From a virus (taxonomy: Duplodnaviria; Caudoviricetes), in IMG/VR virus record IMGVR_UViG_3300024042_000003, positions 1 to 36,004 of that record: a stretch of 36,004 bases of DNA, one strand, 5' to 3'. The position numbers and the translations under genes were made by a program. The notes under the pieces are model-generated. The model saw only the letters and a program-made list of their open reading frames with translations. It searched no databases and was not told the origin of the DNA. Shown here in pieces: positions 35,112-36,004 of the stretch; the first letter of the stretch is position 1; the number at the start of each line of letters is the position of its first letter.

Positions 35112-36004
35112 AGTCCATGAAGAAAATGCTGCTGCTCGCCAAGATCGAAGGCACCAGCGGCACCGACGCCATCCCCACCGCAGGCGCCAACGCCATCCTG
35201 TGCCGCGCCCTCGCACCCGAGCCCATCACGGCCGAGCAGGTCTCGCGCGACCTCATTCGTCCCTACAAGGGCAACAGCGGCAAGCTGGCCGTTGGCGTGC
35301 ACCGCAAACTTACCTGCGAGGTCGAATTCGCAGGCAGCGGCGCGGCAGGCACCGCCCCTCCCTGGGGGCCGCTGCTGCAGGCCTGCGGCTTCGCCGAGAC
35401 CATCACCGCAGGCGTCGATGTTGTCTACGAACCCGTCAGCGGGGGCGAGCCCACCCTGACCTTGTACGGTTACCTCGACGGTATCCTGCACCGGCTCACA
35501 GGCGCCAAGGGCAACGTCACCTTCACGCTCAACGCCAAGGCCATCCCCGTCATGCAGTTCGAGTTCCTGGGCGCGTACTCCACGCCCACCGACACGCCGC
35601 TGCCCTCTGGCGTGGACTACAGCGCCTTCATGCAGCCCAAGCCCGTGGGCAAGGTCAACACCCCCACCTTCACTTTCCATGGCGTCACGGCCTGCACGTC
35701 TGCGTTCAGCATCGCCTGGGGCAACACCCTGGCCTGGCGCGAACTCATCAACTGCGCCGGTGCGCGCAGCCCTGACCGCCAGCCCACCGGCAACGTCACC
35801 ATGGAGCTGCCCAGCATCGCCACCAAGAACTGGGCCGAGGTCGTGCGCGAGGGCACCACTGGCGCCATGAGCCTGGTGCACGGCGTGGACGTGGGCAACA
35901 TCATCGAGCTGTCTGCACCCAAGATCCAGTGCAACCCCTTCACCCTGCAGGACGACCAGGGCATCGCCATGGTGGCCATGCCGTTTGACATCAACCCCGA
36001 CCAG
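35108..36004 (+). CDS. Tail tube protein (partial, runs off the window)
   Basis: Open frame MKSMKKMLLLAKIEG..E.AGSG.AG..P.WG.LLQACG..GAKG continuing to the window end. Confidence 0.8.
   Translation, partial: MKSMKKMLLLAKIEGTSGTDAIPTAGANAILCRALAPEPITAEQVSRDLIRPYKGNSGKLAVGVHRKLTCEVEFAGSGAAGTAPPWGPLLQACGFAETITAGVDVVYEPVSGGEPTLTLYGYLDGILHRLTGAKGNVTFTLNAKAIPVMQFEFLGAYSTPTDTPLPSGVDYSAFMQPKPVGKVNTPTFTFHGVTACTSAFSIAWGNTLAWRELINCAGARSPDRQPTGNVTMELPSIATKNWAEVVREGTTGAMSLVHGVDVGNIIELSAPKIQCNPFTLQDDQGIAMVAMPFDINPDQ

Larger units (their letters stand above)
9381..36004. mobile_element. Lambdoid HK97-like prophage (continues beyond the window)
   Basis: Canonical gene order: int-xis-early left-cI/cro-cII-replication-Q-HNH-terS-terL-portal-protease-capsid-neck-tail tube. 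Confidence 0.95.

Overview
GC-rich betaproteobacterial-style DNA (Comamonadaceae-like; host assignment is inference). A minus-strand tRNA-Arg(CCT) gene at 9306-9380 is flanked by two mobile elements. Left (about 247-9325, at the tRNA 3' end) is a ~9 kb P4-like satellite or island. It has two convergent P4-family integrases, a P2/P4-type cos-like site, ~160-bp iteron-rich inverted repeats, a lower-GC AAA ATPase + S8 protease (ietAS-type) defence pair, a probably 5'-truncated Sid-like gene and an Ogr/Delta zinc finger under a LexA box. It has no primase/helicase or psu. Right (about 9380 to beyond 36004) is a lambdoid HK97-like prophage: integrase/xis, a leftward early operon with a large ParB protein and a stand-alone VapE ATPase, an immunity region with morons, cI/cro/cII, a Toprim-VapE primase-helicase, Q, HNH, terminase, portal, S49 protease, capsid, neck and tail tube. 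The most striking unexplained signal is a 16-bp palindrome, GTGCACACGTGTGCAC, found 7 times across the prophage, a candidate parS-like network for the phage ParB. Other signals are the satellite inverted repeats, the duplicated VapE domain and a structured non-coding segment between twin terminators after Q. All protein family calls come from motif recognition by eye, not database searches.
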